IMG/VR virus record: IMGVR_UViG_3300022602_000001
Length of the DNA: 64,000 nucleotides
DNA from: a virus
Strand: one strand, 5' to 3'
Shown one piece after another: positions 52,925 through 61,827 of the stretch. Below the pieces are notes generated by a model that worked only from the letters and a program-made list of their open reading frames with translations, did no database searches and was not told where the DNA came from. Both the position numbers and the translations under genes were made by a program. The stretch's first letter is position 1, and each line of letters starts with the position of its first letter.

Positions 52925-52999
52925 GCTCTTGTAGCCCAATTGGAAGGAGGCAACAGACTTAGGATCTGTGCAGTATCAGTTTGAATTTGATCATGAGCA
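52925..52999 (+). tRNA. tRNA-Leu(TAG) with short variable loop
   Basis: gctcttg/catgagc acceptor, A73; acaga-ctTAGga-tctgt; 5-nt variable region. Confidence 0.82.
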
Positions 53000-53091
53000 C
53001 TGAACTTTTTAAGCCACAACAAAAAACAATTCTCTAAAATTCAACATGGAGCAAGTCGTGCCTTTATATTTATTCTAAAAAGCTTTGTCTC

Positions 53092-53553
53092 ATGGATAGA
53101 ACATTTAAAACACTGAGCAACAGCGCAGTTGTGGATTTGGTGCCCTACACAAAGCAGTACATTGAAAATTTTCCCGATACTGAAATACTAATAGGGTGCG
53201 ACTCTCAAAACAGAAAAACTGAGACCGTCTATGCAATAGTTGTTGGATTTTACAAGCCAGGAAAGGGCGCGCATGTGGTGTACTCAAGATTCAAAAATCA
53301 AAGAGAGAAGGACAACGTGGGAAGGCTTTTGAACGAGGTGTGGAACTCAGTTCAGGTTGCTGAAGTTTTAAAAAATGAAGTTGGAATCCACACAAAGTGG
53401 ATAGACATAGACCTAAATCCCGACCCCAAGTACAAGTCGAACGCGGCGCTGTCCAGCGCAGTGGGAATAGTAACAGGAATGGGGTACAACGTCAGGCACA
53501 AGGGCAATTCTCCAATAATGACGTACGCAGCAGACTCTCTCGTAAAATTTTAA
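53092..53553 (+). CDS. RNase H-like YkuK-family protein
   Basis: IGCDSQ, RLLNEVW.S, IDIDLN, YAAD motifs. Confidence 0.8.
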   Translation: MDRTFKTLSNSAVVDLVPYTKQYIENFPDTEILIGCDSQNRKTETVYAIVVGFYKPGKGAHVVYSRFKNQREKDNVGRLLNEVWNSVQVAEVLKNEVGIHTKWIDIDLNPDPKYKSNAALSSAVGIVTGMGYNVRHKGNSPIMTYAADSLVKF

Positions 53554-53609
53554 ATGGGGGCAATCCACCGTTCTTTGCATATAGATATTTATTAGAAAAT
53601 ATTTGTATC

Positions 53610-55502
53610 ATGGCCCAATTTAACATATCCAATCCCAACTATGGGTTCAGCGGAACCTCTTTGGTTGACGGAGGATATTCTTTGCACACACAACCATCTG
53701 AAAAAACCTCCGACAACTTTGGCCGTCAGAAGGTGACAATACACCAAAACGTCTACGAGGCTGACTTTGAGTACGGCACGCAGCCCCTTCGCTGGGAAGT
53801 GCTAACAAACGGATCTGCTTCCGTTCAACAGGTGTCAAGCCTGGGAGGCGTAACAATGATAGTAGGAACAGGATCTAACGACATGGTGGTGAGGCAGTCG
53901 AGGCCCTACCACAGGTATCAGCCGGGAAAGACAATGTACATGTCGTGCAATGCCAACTTTGGTGGCCCTGTAGTGGGAAACTACACGAGGGTTGGATTCT
54001 TTGACGACTCCAATGGAGTTTTTTTTGAGCAGAGCATACCCACAACAAACAATCCGTCTGGAATGTACGTGTGCGTGAGGACCGATGCGAGTCTTACGGG
54101 AAGCCTTCCAAGCACCGTAAAGGTACCTCTGAACCAGTGGAACGGAGACCAAAACATAATTCCAACTCTAAACTGGTACAACGTTCAGATGCTGTGGATA
54201 GAGTTTGCTTGGTACGGAGCAGGAACGATAAGATTCGGAGTGACCATGAACAGCGAGCAGTACGTGCTTCACACAATAAACACTGGAAACGTAGGCAACG
54301 GTCCGTGGGCAAGAACCGGAAACCTCCCTGTGAGGTACGAGAACAGAAACAGCGGATCATGGATACCTGCCAACACCGTAGTGACGTCGTCCTTTGGAGA
54401 CGGATCCTACTTTCAGCTGAGCGGGTCTGTAAGCGCATCATTTTACGTAACGTCTAGCACCAGCCTGGTGAGCACAGCGGCGGTGAAGTACGTGACCACG
54501 GGCTCAACTCTGTACGGAACCTATCAGAACATAGCAACAACAATAAACGCCTCCTCTTCACAGTTTGGAATAGTGGCATCTGCCTCTTCTGGAATTCCGT
54601 CCCTCTTGCTGTCGGCCAGCTCTCCAGTGGGAAACAACGGTCTTGGTCTGAACTACACATACGCATCGGGCGGCCTGAGCCAGTCGTTTGTGGCAATCAC
54701 AGGGGGCACAACCCTAATCCACTACGGAGTGTCCGTTATAGTCGAAGGAGGCCGTGATGCTCAGAGAGGATTCACCTACTCGTACGGAATAAACCCAACT
54801 ACACCGAGAGGAAGAACAGTTCCAGCCGGATCGTTCAGGTACCCAGTACTGTCGATTCAGAACCGTGTAATGGGCACACAAGAGTACACAGGATCCATAT
54901 CGTCAGCAACCACCTCCAGCATAACGACTGCGGGAAATCCATGGAGTGCGAACCAGTGGGTTGGAAAGTGCGTGTACGTGAGCGGAAGTGCAATAAACGG
55001 AAGGATACTGAGCAACACGACAAACACGATCAACTTTGTCGACGTGGTGACGGGGCTGGCCCAGACCGCATCAATAGCAACAAGCGCAGCAACAAACTCA
55101 TTCACTATAGGGCTTATAAACAGAGGGCAAATACTTCCCCTGCAGTTCATCCTTTCCGCGGACAACATCTGTACTGTGGAGTTCATAGCAAGCGCTCCTG
55201 CGAATCCTGTGGTGCTGACCGGGTCGAACTTCGTTCCAATGACTCAGTTGGGATCCAATTACTCTTTTGCCACAAGGGACATATCTGCAACGGGAATCAA
55301 CTCAGGAAGCGGGGAGGTGGTTTACGCCTTCGTGTCACCAGCAGGAGGATCTGGCCTTCAGGTTATCGACCTGAATCAGTTCTTCCCTCTTTACAACACC
55401 ATCCGCGGAAACATTCCTGACATTCTGACCGTTGCAGTGAGCACAGCAGCGACTGCGTCTAGCATAGGTTGCCACCTGGTTGGACAGGAAGCAATGTCTT
55501 AG
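53610..55502 (+). CDS. Ser/Thr/Gly-rich virion structural protein
   Basis: Start MAQFNIS 17 nt after ATATTTAT; DNFGRQKV, RQS..Y.RYQPGK, WYGAG.IRFG, NLPVRYE motifs. Confidence 0.7.
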   Translation: MAQFNISNPNYGFSGTSLVDGGYSLHTQPSEKTSDNFGRQKVTIHQNVYEADFEYGTQPLRWEVLTNGSASVQQVSSLGGVTMIVGTGSNDMVVRQSRPYHRYQPGKTMYMSCNANFGGPVVGNYTRVGFFDDSNGVFFEQSIPTTNNPSGMYVCVRTDASLTGSLPSTVKVPLNQWNGDQNIIPTLNWYNVQMLWIEFAWYGAGTIRFGVTMNSEQYVLHTINTGNVGNGPWARTGNLPVRYENRNSGSWIPANTVVTSSFGDGSYFQLSGSVSASFYVTSSTSLVSTAAVKYVTTGSTLYGTYQNIATTINASSSQFGIVASASSGIPSLLLSASSPVGNNGLGLNYTYASGGLSQSFVAITGGTTLIHYGVSVIVEGGRDAQRGFTYSYGINPTTPRGRTVPAGSFRYPVLSIQNRVMGTQEYTGSISSATTSSITTAGNPWSANQWVGKCVYVSGSAINGRILSNTTNTINFVDVVTGLAQTASIATSAATNSFTIGLINRGQILPLQFILSADNICTVEFIASAPANPVVLTGSNFVPMTQLGSNYSFATRDISATGINSGSGEVVYAFVSPAGGSGLQVIDLNQFFPLYNTIRGNIPDILTVAVSTAATASSIGCHLVGQEAMS

Positions 55503-55589
55503 AGACTGAATTTTAAAATTTTACGATTAGTGGGATACATCCTATATTGATGATGTATCCCATTTTTTATTTTAAACAAAGCGAACAAA

Positions 55590-55838
55590 ATGCAACAGCA
55601 AAAACAGTTGAACATTTCAATTGACAAGACGACTCCCGTCTTCTGCGAGTACTGCTCCAACCAAACATTCACTGAGGCTCTGATGCTTAGAAAGGTGAGC
55701 AAGTTTTTGACGGGACAGTCTCAGGATGCAATAACACCAATATCAGTGTTTCTGTGCTCTGAGTGCGGAGAGGTGAACAGGGACCTGCTTCCGCAGGAAT
55801 TGTTGAACCAACTAAACAAGGAAAAGAATGTCGAGTAA
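55590..55838 (+). CDS. Zn-ribbon protein
   Basis: CEYC...CSECG. Confidence 0.75.
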   Translation: MQQQKQLNISIDKTTPVFCEYCSNQTFTEALMLRKVSKFLTGQSQDAITPISVFLCSECGEVNRDLLPQELLNQLNKEKNVE

Positions 55839-56088
55839 GGACTTTGTAAACGACACGATCATCTATGACGAGGCGAATTCTAGAAAGGTTCTCAGGACGG
55901 ATTCAGTTGTTGACTCGATTGTGGACAAGTTCATAGACAGGTCGAGGGTGGGAAAGCTGAAGTACGGAACTGACCTAGACAGGCAGGACCTGTCCCTCTG
56001 CGAATGGCTCACCCACCTTCAGGAGGAGCTGATGGACGCCGTCAACTACATAGAAAAGGTAAAAATTTTAGTAGGGGGTAAAAAGTAA
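55828..56088 (+). CDS. Small all-alpha nucleotide-pyrophosphatase-like protein
   Basis: RSRVG..KYGT.LDR.DL...EW..HLQEELMD..NY. Confidence 0.65.
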   Translation: MSSKDFVNDTIIYDEANSRKVLRTDSVVDSIVDKFIDRSRVGKLKYGTDLDRQDLSLCEWLTHLQEELMDAVNYIEKVKILVGGKK

Positions 56089-56091
56089 AAA

Positions 56092-56991
56092 ATGCCAAAG
56101 AGAGAATCCACTATTAATTACGCTTACCAAAAGTCGATCTCTTATTCGCAGTACTCAATGTACAGGCAGTGCAATTTTAGGTGGTATTTGAGCTACGTCA
56201 AGAAGCAGAGGGTGTTCAAGCCGACTGTGCACTTGACGTTTGGCACCAGCTTTCACGAAACCATACAGGAGTATCTGAGAATAATGTACGAAGAGTCCGT
56301 AAAAAAATCAGACGAATTCGACTATGAGACCTATCTGAAGGAGAGAATGGTTGCAAACTACAAAGAGGAGCTGGAAAAAAACAAGGGAGAGCACTACATA
56401 AAGAAGGAAGAGTTCAATGAGTTTGTTCAGGACGGGATGAACATAATGTCCTGGTTAAAAAAGAACAGGAAGAAGTACTTTACAACTAGAAAGGTCAAGC
56501 TGGTCGGAGTGGAAGTTCCTATGGAGCAGAGAGTTTTGGAAGACTTTCCCAACGTCATAATGCAGGGCTACATAGACATAGTGTTCTACGACCAGGAGCT
56601 CAAAAAGTACCTGATCATCGACTTCAAGACATCCACCTCAGGGTGGAAGGACTCTGACAAGAAGGACGACCTCAAGCTCAACCAAGTTCTTTTCTACAAG
56701 CACTTCTACTCCAGAGCTCTTAAAATATCACCAGAAGAGGTCGACGTAATGTTTTTGGTGGTTAAGAGGAGGCCCTTCATAAGCGAGGACTTTCCAACAA
56801 AGTGGGCTCAGGAGATAAGGCCTGCTCAGGGAAAGATCAAGATGAAGAAGGTGGTCGAGGACCTTGAGAATTTTGTAAAAGAGTGCTTTACAAAGGACAC
56901 CAAGTACGCCGAGCGGGAGTACAGCAAAAATTTTGACTCCTGCAAGTTCTGCGAGTACAGGGACAGGGACGATCTGTGCGCAAAGTCATAG
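56092..56991 (+). CDS. PD-(D/E)xK nuclease (RecB/Cas4-like)
   Basis: SYSQ...Y.QC, FGTSFH, GYID, IIDFKT, Q..FY motifs; C-terminal CKFC...C. Confidence 0.88.
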   Translation: MPKRESTINYAYQKSISYSQYSMYRQCNFRWYLSYVKKQRVFKPTVHLTFGTSFHETIQEYLRIMYEESVKKSDEFDYETYLKERMVANYKEELEKNKGEHYIKKEEFNEFVQDGMNIMSWLKKNRKKYFTTRKVKLVGVEVPMEQRVLEDFPNVIMQGYIDIVFYDQELKKYLIIDFKTSTSGWKDSDKKDDLKLNQVLFYKHFYSRALKISPEEVDVMFLVVKRRPFISEDFPTKWAQEIRPAQGKIKMKKVVEDLENFVKECFTKDTKYAEREYSKNFDSCKFCEYRDRDDLCAKS

Positions 56992-57054
56992 AAATATTTT
57001 GTATACGCAAATATATTTATGCTGTTGTGAAGATATTTATATAAAAACAACGCA

Positions 57055-57258
57055 ATGACAACAAACGTAAAAAAAACGACCACGTCTCTTAAGCTTCCTG
57101 AGACTCTCTACGAGGACTTCAAAGTAACCTGCATAAAATCAAAGATGAATCTTCAGCAGGTTGTGGAGAGAACTCTGTTTCTCTACATGACCGACGCAGA
57201 GTACAGAAACAAGATCTACAACCAGATAAACACTCACTACACCGGGTCTACAAACTAA
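57055..57258 (+). CDS. Ribbon-helix-helix-like regulator
   Basis: TTSLKL...LYEDFK..CI....NLQ.VVER; two ATATTTAT motifs upstream. Confidence 0.65.
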   Translation: MTTNVKKTTTSLKLPETLYEDFKVTCIKSKMNLQQVVERTLFLYMTDAEYRNKIYNQINTHYTGSTN

Positions 57259-57286
57259 AGATCAACAAAACAACTAGAGTAAAGTT

Positions 57287-58738
57287 ATGCTAGAAGGTTA
57301 CATACCTAGAGAAAAGAGAAAAAAGATACTGCTCCTGTCGGACGACATAAGAATGACGTCTGGGATATCCACAATGGCAAGGGAGATAGTAGTCAACACT
57401 GCGCACGTGTTCAATTGGGTGAATCTTGGAGGAGCAATAAACCATCCGGACCAGGGGAAGAGGCTGGACATCTGCGCCGACACCAACACCATAATGGGAA
57501 TAAGCGACTCCCACGTGTACATCTATCCAGTCAGTGGATACGGAACGCAGGAGATAGTGAGAAACATGATCCAGATGGAGAACCCAGATGCCATCATGAT
57601 GTTCACCGATCCCAGGTACTGGATATGGCTATTTCAGATGGAGAACGAGATAAGGAGGAAGATTCCAATCATGTACATTAACATTTGGGACGATCTTCCT
57701 GCCCCTCTGTACAACAGGGCCTACTACGAGTCGTGCGATGCTCTGTTCGCAATATCCAAGCAGACCAAGAACATAAACGAAATGGTGCTGGGAGAAAAGG
57801 CAAACAGCAAAATAATCAAGTACATTCCCCACGGAATAAACGAAAAGCACTTCTACCCAATAAATGAGTTCATGCAGGAGGACTTTGCCAAGCTGAAGGA
57901 GTTCAAAAATAGAATTTTTAAGGGGAAGGAGTACGAATTTGTTCTGTTCTACAACGCAAGGAACATCAGGAGGAAGTGCGTTCCTGACTTGGTAGCTGCA
58001 TGGTCCCACTTCTGCGACAGCGTTGGAAAGGACAAAGCCAGCAAGTGCGCCCTTCTTCTGCACACTCAGGGGCTGGACGAGAACGGCACAGACCTTCCCG
58101 CCGTTGTGAACCTTCTCTGCTCAGAGGACCACAAGAACGTGATCATCAACGAGGATAGGCTGTTGGTTGACCAAATGAACCTCATGTACAACTCCTGTGA
58201 TGCTGCAGCTCTGATCTCTTCTAACGAAGGATGGGGACTGAGCCTCACAGAGGCCATGATGTGCGGAATGCCAATACTTGGGACAGTCACTGGAGGAATG
58301 CAGGACCAAATGAGGTTTGAGGACGAAGAAGGAAACTGGTACACTCCAACAAGAGAGGTGCCATCCAATCACTTTGGAACTTACAAAAAACACGGGAATT
58401 GGGCGATTCCAGTCTTTCCAAACAACATGAGCCTGGTTGGATCGATCCCCACACCATACATCTGGGACGATCGTGTAGACTTCAGAGACGTTGCAGCTGC
58501 AATAGAAACTCTAGTGGACACAAAGAACCTGAACACTCCGTTGTGGGACGAGATGAAGAAGCAGGCCAGACAGTGGGTGACCTCAGACGAATCAATGATG
58601 AGTGCCAGGTGGATGGCAAAGAACATAATCGACGGAGTGAACGACACCTTCGACCACTGGAGTCCCAGGCCAAATTTTGAGTTCATAAAAACAGAACCAC
58701 TAAAACCAAAAAGCTTAGCTCACCCGCTAACATACTAA
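57287..58738 (+). CDS. GT-B (GT4-like) glycosyltransferase
   Basis: KILLLSDD...SG, IPHGI, RNIRRK, SSNEGWGLSLTEAM.CG motifs. Confidence 0.88.
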   Translation: MLEGYIPREKRKKILLLSDDIRMTSGISTMAREIVVNTAHVFNWVNLGGAINHPDQGKRLDICADTNTIMGISDSHVYIYPVSGYGTQEIVRNMIQMENPDAIMMFTDPRYWIWLFQMENEIRRKIPIMYINIWDDLPAPLYNRAYYESCDALFAISKQTKNINEMVLGEKANSKIIKYIPHGINEKHFYPINEFMQEDFAKLKEFKNRIFKGKEYEFVLFYNARNIRRKCVPDLVAAWSHFCDSVGKDKASKCALLLHTQGLDENGTDLPAVVNLLCSEDHKNVIINEDRLLVDQMNLMYNSCDAAALISSNEGWGLSLTEAMMCGMPILGTVTGGMQDQMRFEDEEGNWYTPTREVPSNHFGTYKKHGNWAIPVFPNNMSLVGSIPTPYIWDDRVDFRDVAAAIETLVDTKNLNTPLWDEMKKQARQWVTSDESMMSARWMAKNIIDGVNDTFDHWSPRPNFEFIKTEPLKPKSLAHPLTY

Positions 58739-58746
58739 ATCAGTTT

Positions 58747-60054
58747 ATGAAGCAATACGTAGTTATATCGTGTCCAATAGACACAGTCAGCGGATACGGA
58801 TTCAGGTCGAGGGACTTTGTAAAGGCCCTCTACGAATTAAAGAAGGACGAGTGGCAAATAGAGATACTCCCCCAGAGGTGGGGATCAACCCCGTGGGGGT
58901 ACATATCGGAGAACAAGGAGGAGTGGGCGTGGGTAATTCCTTTGCTGAACACGACTGGACAGCTGAGGGCACAGCCGGACTGTTGGATTCAGATAACAGT
59001 TCCCAACGAGTTTCAACCGATAGGAAAGTTTAACGTAGGAGTGACTGCAGGCATAGAGACGAACATCTGCCACGCGAGCTGGATAGACGGACTCAACAGG
59101 ATGAACCTCAATTTGGTTTCTTCCAAGCACGCAAAGAACGTGTTTGAGCGATCGACCTTCCAGGAAAAGAACCCGCAGGGGCAGGTGGTGAGAGACATAA
59201 AGCTAGAAAGGCCCGTGGAAGTTCTGTTCGAGGGCGTAGACCTAAACAAGTACTTCCACTTAGAGGACAACGACATACCGGAGACCAATCTGGTCGGTGT
59301 TCTTGACCAAATAAAGGAGGACTTCAACTACTTGGTCGTGGGACACTGGCTGCAGGGAGACCTGGGAGAGGACAGAAAGAATATAGGACTCACGATAAAG
59401 ACCTTCTTCGAGACGTTCAAGAACAAGAAAAGCAGGCCGGGGCTCGTGCTTAAGGTGTCTGGAGGCGGCGCAAGCATAATGGACAGGGACCTAATTCTCG
59501 AGAGGATAGACGCCATAAGAAAGTCAATAGACTCAAAGGACCTTCCGAGCGTGTACCTACTCCACGGAGAGATGTCTGACACTGACATGAACCACCTGTA
59601 CAACCACGGAAAGATAAAGGCAATGATCAGCCTCACCAAGGGCGAGGGATTTGGCAGACCGCTGCTCGAGTTCAGCGTCTCAAAAAAGCCGATAATAGCA
59701 ACCGCCTACTCTGGCCACATCGACTTCCTGTACTCAGAGTACACGTCTTTTGTGGGAGGCCAGCTCAAACAGATACACCCCTCTGCAGTTGTGGAAAATT
59801 TGCTGATACCAGAGTCTGGGTGGTTTTCCCCAGACGTCAAACAGGCAGAGTTCTACCTGAGGGACGTGTACGAAAAGTATCCAAAGTACCAGGAGAAGGC
59901 AAAGCAGCAGGCCCACAAGTCAAAGACGCTGTTCTCCTACGACGAAATGAAAAAGCTATTGGCCACCCACTTGGACAAAGTTCCAAAGCAGGTCTCTCTA
60001 AAGCTGCCTCAGCTGAAAAAAATTGAACTTCCAAAATTAACCAAAGTACAATAA
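58747..60054 (+). CDS. GT-B (GT4-like) glycosyltransferase
   Basis: SGYG..SRD, DRKN, TKGEGFGRPLLEF motifs. Confidence 0.88.
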   Translation: MKQYVVISCPIDTVSGYGFRSRDFVKALYELKKDEWQIEILPQRWGSTPWGYISENKEEWAWVIPLLNTTGQLRAQPDCWIQITVPNEFQPIGKFNVGVTAGIETNICHASWIDGLNRMNLNLVSSKHAKNVFERSTFQEKNPQGQVVRDIKLERPVEVLFEGVDLNKYFHLEDNDIPETNLVGVLDQIKEDFNYLVVGHWLQGDLGEDRKNIGLTIKTFFETFKNKKSRPGLVLKVSGGGASIMDRDLILERIDAIRKSIDSKDLPSVYLLHGEMSDTDMNHLYNHGKIKAMISLTKGEGFGRPLLEFSVSKKPIIATAYSGHIDFLYSEYTSFVGGQLKQIHPSAVVENLLIPESGWFSPDVKQAEFYLRDVYEKYPKYQEKAKQQAHKSKTLFSYDEMKKLLATHLDKVPKQVSLKLPQLKKIELPKLTKVQ

Positions 60055-60500
60055 TGACAAACACGTTACTGCAGACGTGCCCGCTGTGCAAACAAGAGGA
60101 GTGCTGCAACTCAGAGCCCATAAACGAATTCCACAGCCAGTACACCTGCCTGTCGTGCGGGTTTGAAACCAACGACCTGATGAGAGAGGGAGAATTTGAC
60201 TTCGAGGCCTACGAGTCCGACGACTCCTTTCCCCTTCTCTACAGGGACATAAAACAGACCGACGAAGAGGGAAGGGTGTGGTACCCAATAACCATAAACA
60301 CCCCGGGAAGGGGAACAGTGTACGCATTTGGAAAATCTGCAGAGGACTGGAGGTGGAGGGCCACAAAGAGCGTTGGGCTGACGGAAGAGGAGAGGTCTCA
60401 GCCCAAGTTCAAAGGACAAACCCACAGGTCGGACCCAACCACAACTCAGGACTTTGGGAGGGACTTCTTTGGCGCAGTGGAGTACGTGGGAATTTTTTAA
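60054..60500 (+). CDS. Zn-binding hypothetical protein
   Basis: CPLC...CLSCGF. Confidence 0.7.
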   Translation: MTNTLLQTCPLCKQEECCNSEPINEFHSQYTCLSCGFETNDLMREGEFDFEAYESDDSFPLLYRDIKQTDEEGRVWYPITINTPGRGTVYAFGKSAEDWRWRATKSVGLTEEERSQPKFKGQTHRSDPTTTQDFGRDFFGAVEYVGIF

Positions 60501-60513
60501 AAAAACAAAGACA

Positions 60514-61158
60514 ATGCCAACAATAAGTTACGCAGTTACCGCATGCAACGAAAGCGTTGAGCTGGGCAGGCTGCTGGAGCAGCTGTCCCGCTGCGCCGAC
60601 AAGGAGGACGAGATCGTAGTCCAGGTGGACACGGAGACCGTCACCAAGGAGGTCTCTCAGGTCTTTCAGTACTTCAAAAAAGAGCACTATCCAAATGGAA
60701 ATTTGTTTATCGTGTACAACTACCTAAACAAAAACTTTGCCAACCACAAAAATCATTTGAAGTCCTTCTGCAAAAAGGACTACATTTTCTTCATAGACGC
60801 GGACGAGTACCTGTCCTACGTCCTCGAGACCAGCCTAAAGGATCTTCTTGAAGACGACGGAGGGACAACGGACTGCTTCCTTGTGCCAAGAGCAAACACG
60901 GTCGAAGGTCTTACGGACGAGCACGTTGCCAAGTGGGGATGGAGGGTGGACAACAGACGTTTTGTCAACTGGCCTGACTACCAGTCGAGGATCGTAAAGA
61001 ACGACAGCAGAATAAGATGGGAGGGAAAAGTCCACGAGAGGATAACTGGGCACTCCACCTATGCGTTCCTTCCAGATGATGACGAAACGTGGGCACTTCA
61101 CCACCCAAAGGACATAAAGAGGCAGGAAAAACAGAACAACTTCTACAGCAGCATATGA
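60514..61158 (+). CDS. GT-A (GT2-like) glycosyltransferase
   Basis: ISYAVTACNE, FIDADE (DxD), WPDYQ.RI, W.GKVHE motifs. Confidence 0.88.
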   Translation: MPTISYAVTACNESVELGRLLEQLSRCADKEDEIVVQVDTETVTKEVSQVFQYFKKEHYPNGNLFIVYNYLNKNFANHKNHLKSFCKKDYIFFIDADEYLSYVLETSLKDLLEDDGGTTDCFLVPRANTVEGLTDEHVAKWGWRVDNRRFVNWPDYQSRIVKNDSRIRWEGKVHERITGHSTYAFLPDDDETWALHHPKDIKRQEKQNNFYSSI

Positions 61159-61826
61159 CAAAAGAAATAGTGGTTGCGGCCTACGACAAGTACCTGGACT
61201 GGCTGGACGGCCTGGACTCTGACGTCAAGAGGACGGTCTACAGAAAGGGAATGGAGCCTGCGCAGAGGGACGACGAAATTTTCATAGAACCAAACAGAGG
61301 CAGGTGCGTCCACACGTTCTTCAACCACATTTGGAAGAACTACGACTCTTTGTCGGACGTCACCTTCTTTGCCCAGGACTATCCATTTGACCACTGGGAG
61401 GACATAGTCGACGTGATAAACTCAGGCACACATGAATCAAAGTGCCAACTGAAAACTGCAGGCTACTACGGATTTCACTACAACACAATAATGGTTCCCT
61501 CTCCTATGGGAGGGAGGATGTGGGACCTGTCTCCATCCAAACACCACGGCACGGGGAAGGTGTTGGTTTGTCAGAGCAACGGACGTCCTCAGGACTCCAA
61601 TCCCGGCATTGACGTGGACAGGTACTGGAGGATGCTCTTTGACGATCCAACTCCAATGAACTACGAATTCATGCCGGGAGGGCACTTTGGAATCACAAGA
61701 GATCATGCAAGGCTGAGGACAAGGGACTTCTACGGCAGAGTGTGCAAAATTCTGCTGGAAGAGGACGCAGCCCCATGGAACATAGAGAGGCTGGAGTGCT
61801 ACATATTCAATCCATCAATACAATAA
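61155..61826 (+). CDS. DUF3431-like (glycosyltransferase-related) protein
   Basis: IVVAAY...LDW, PNRGR..HT..NHI..NYDSL.D.T.F.Q..PFDH, W..ERL. Confidence 0.7.
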   Translation: MTKEIVVAAYDKYLDWLDGLDSDVKRTVYRKGMEPAQRDDEIFIEPNRGRCVHTFFNHIWKNYDSLSDVTFFAQDYPFDHWEDIVDVINSGTHESKCQLKTAGYYGFHYNTIMVPSPMGGRMWDLSPSKHHGTGKVLVCQSNGRPQDSNPGIDVDRYWRMLFDDPTPMNYEFMPGGHFGITRDHARLRTRDFYGRVCKILLEEDAAPWNIERLECYIFNPSIQ

Positions 61827-61827
61827 A

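Noticed and set aside
53397-53609. N-terminal extension of the 701-aa ORF
   Set aside because: It overlaps the YkuK-like gene; the ATATTTAT motif at 53585 points to ATG 53610. Upstream extensions at 26214, 28326, 43980, 49801, 60454, 61089 and 62850 were trimmed for similar reasons.
56092-56991. Cas4-like nuclease as part of a CRISPR system
   Set aside because: No repeat-spacer array or other cas genes seen; stand-alone PD-(D/E)xK nucleases are common in phages.
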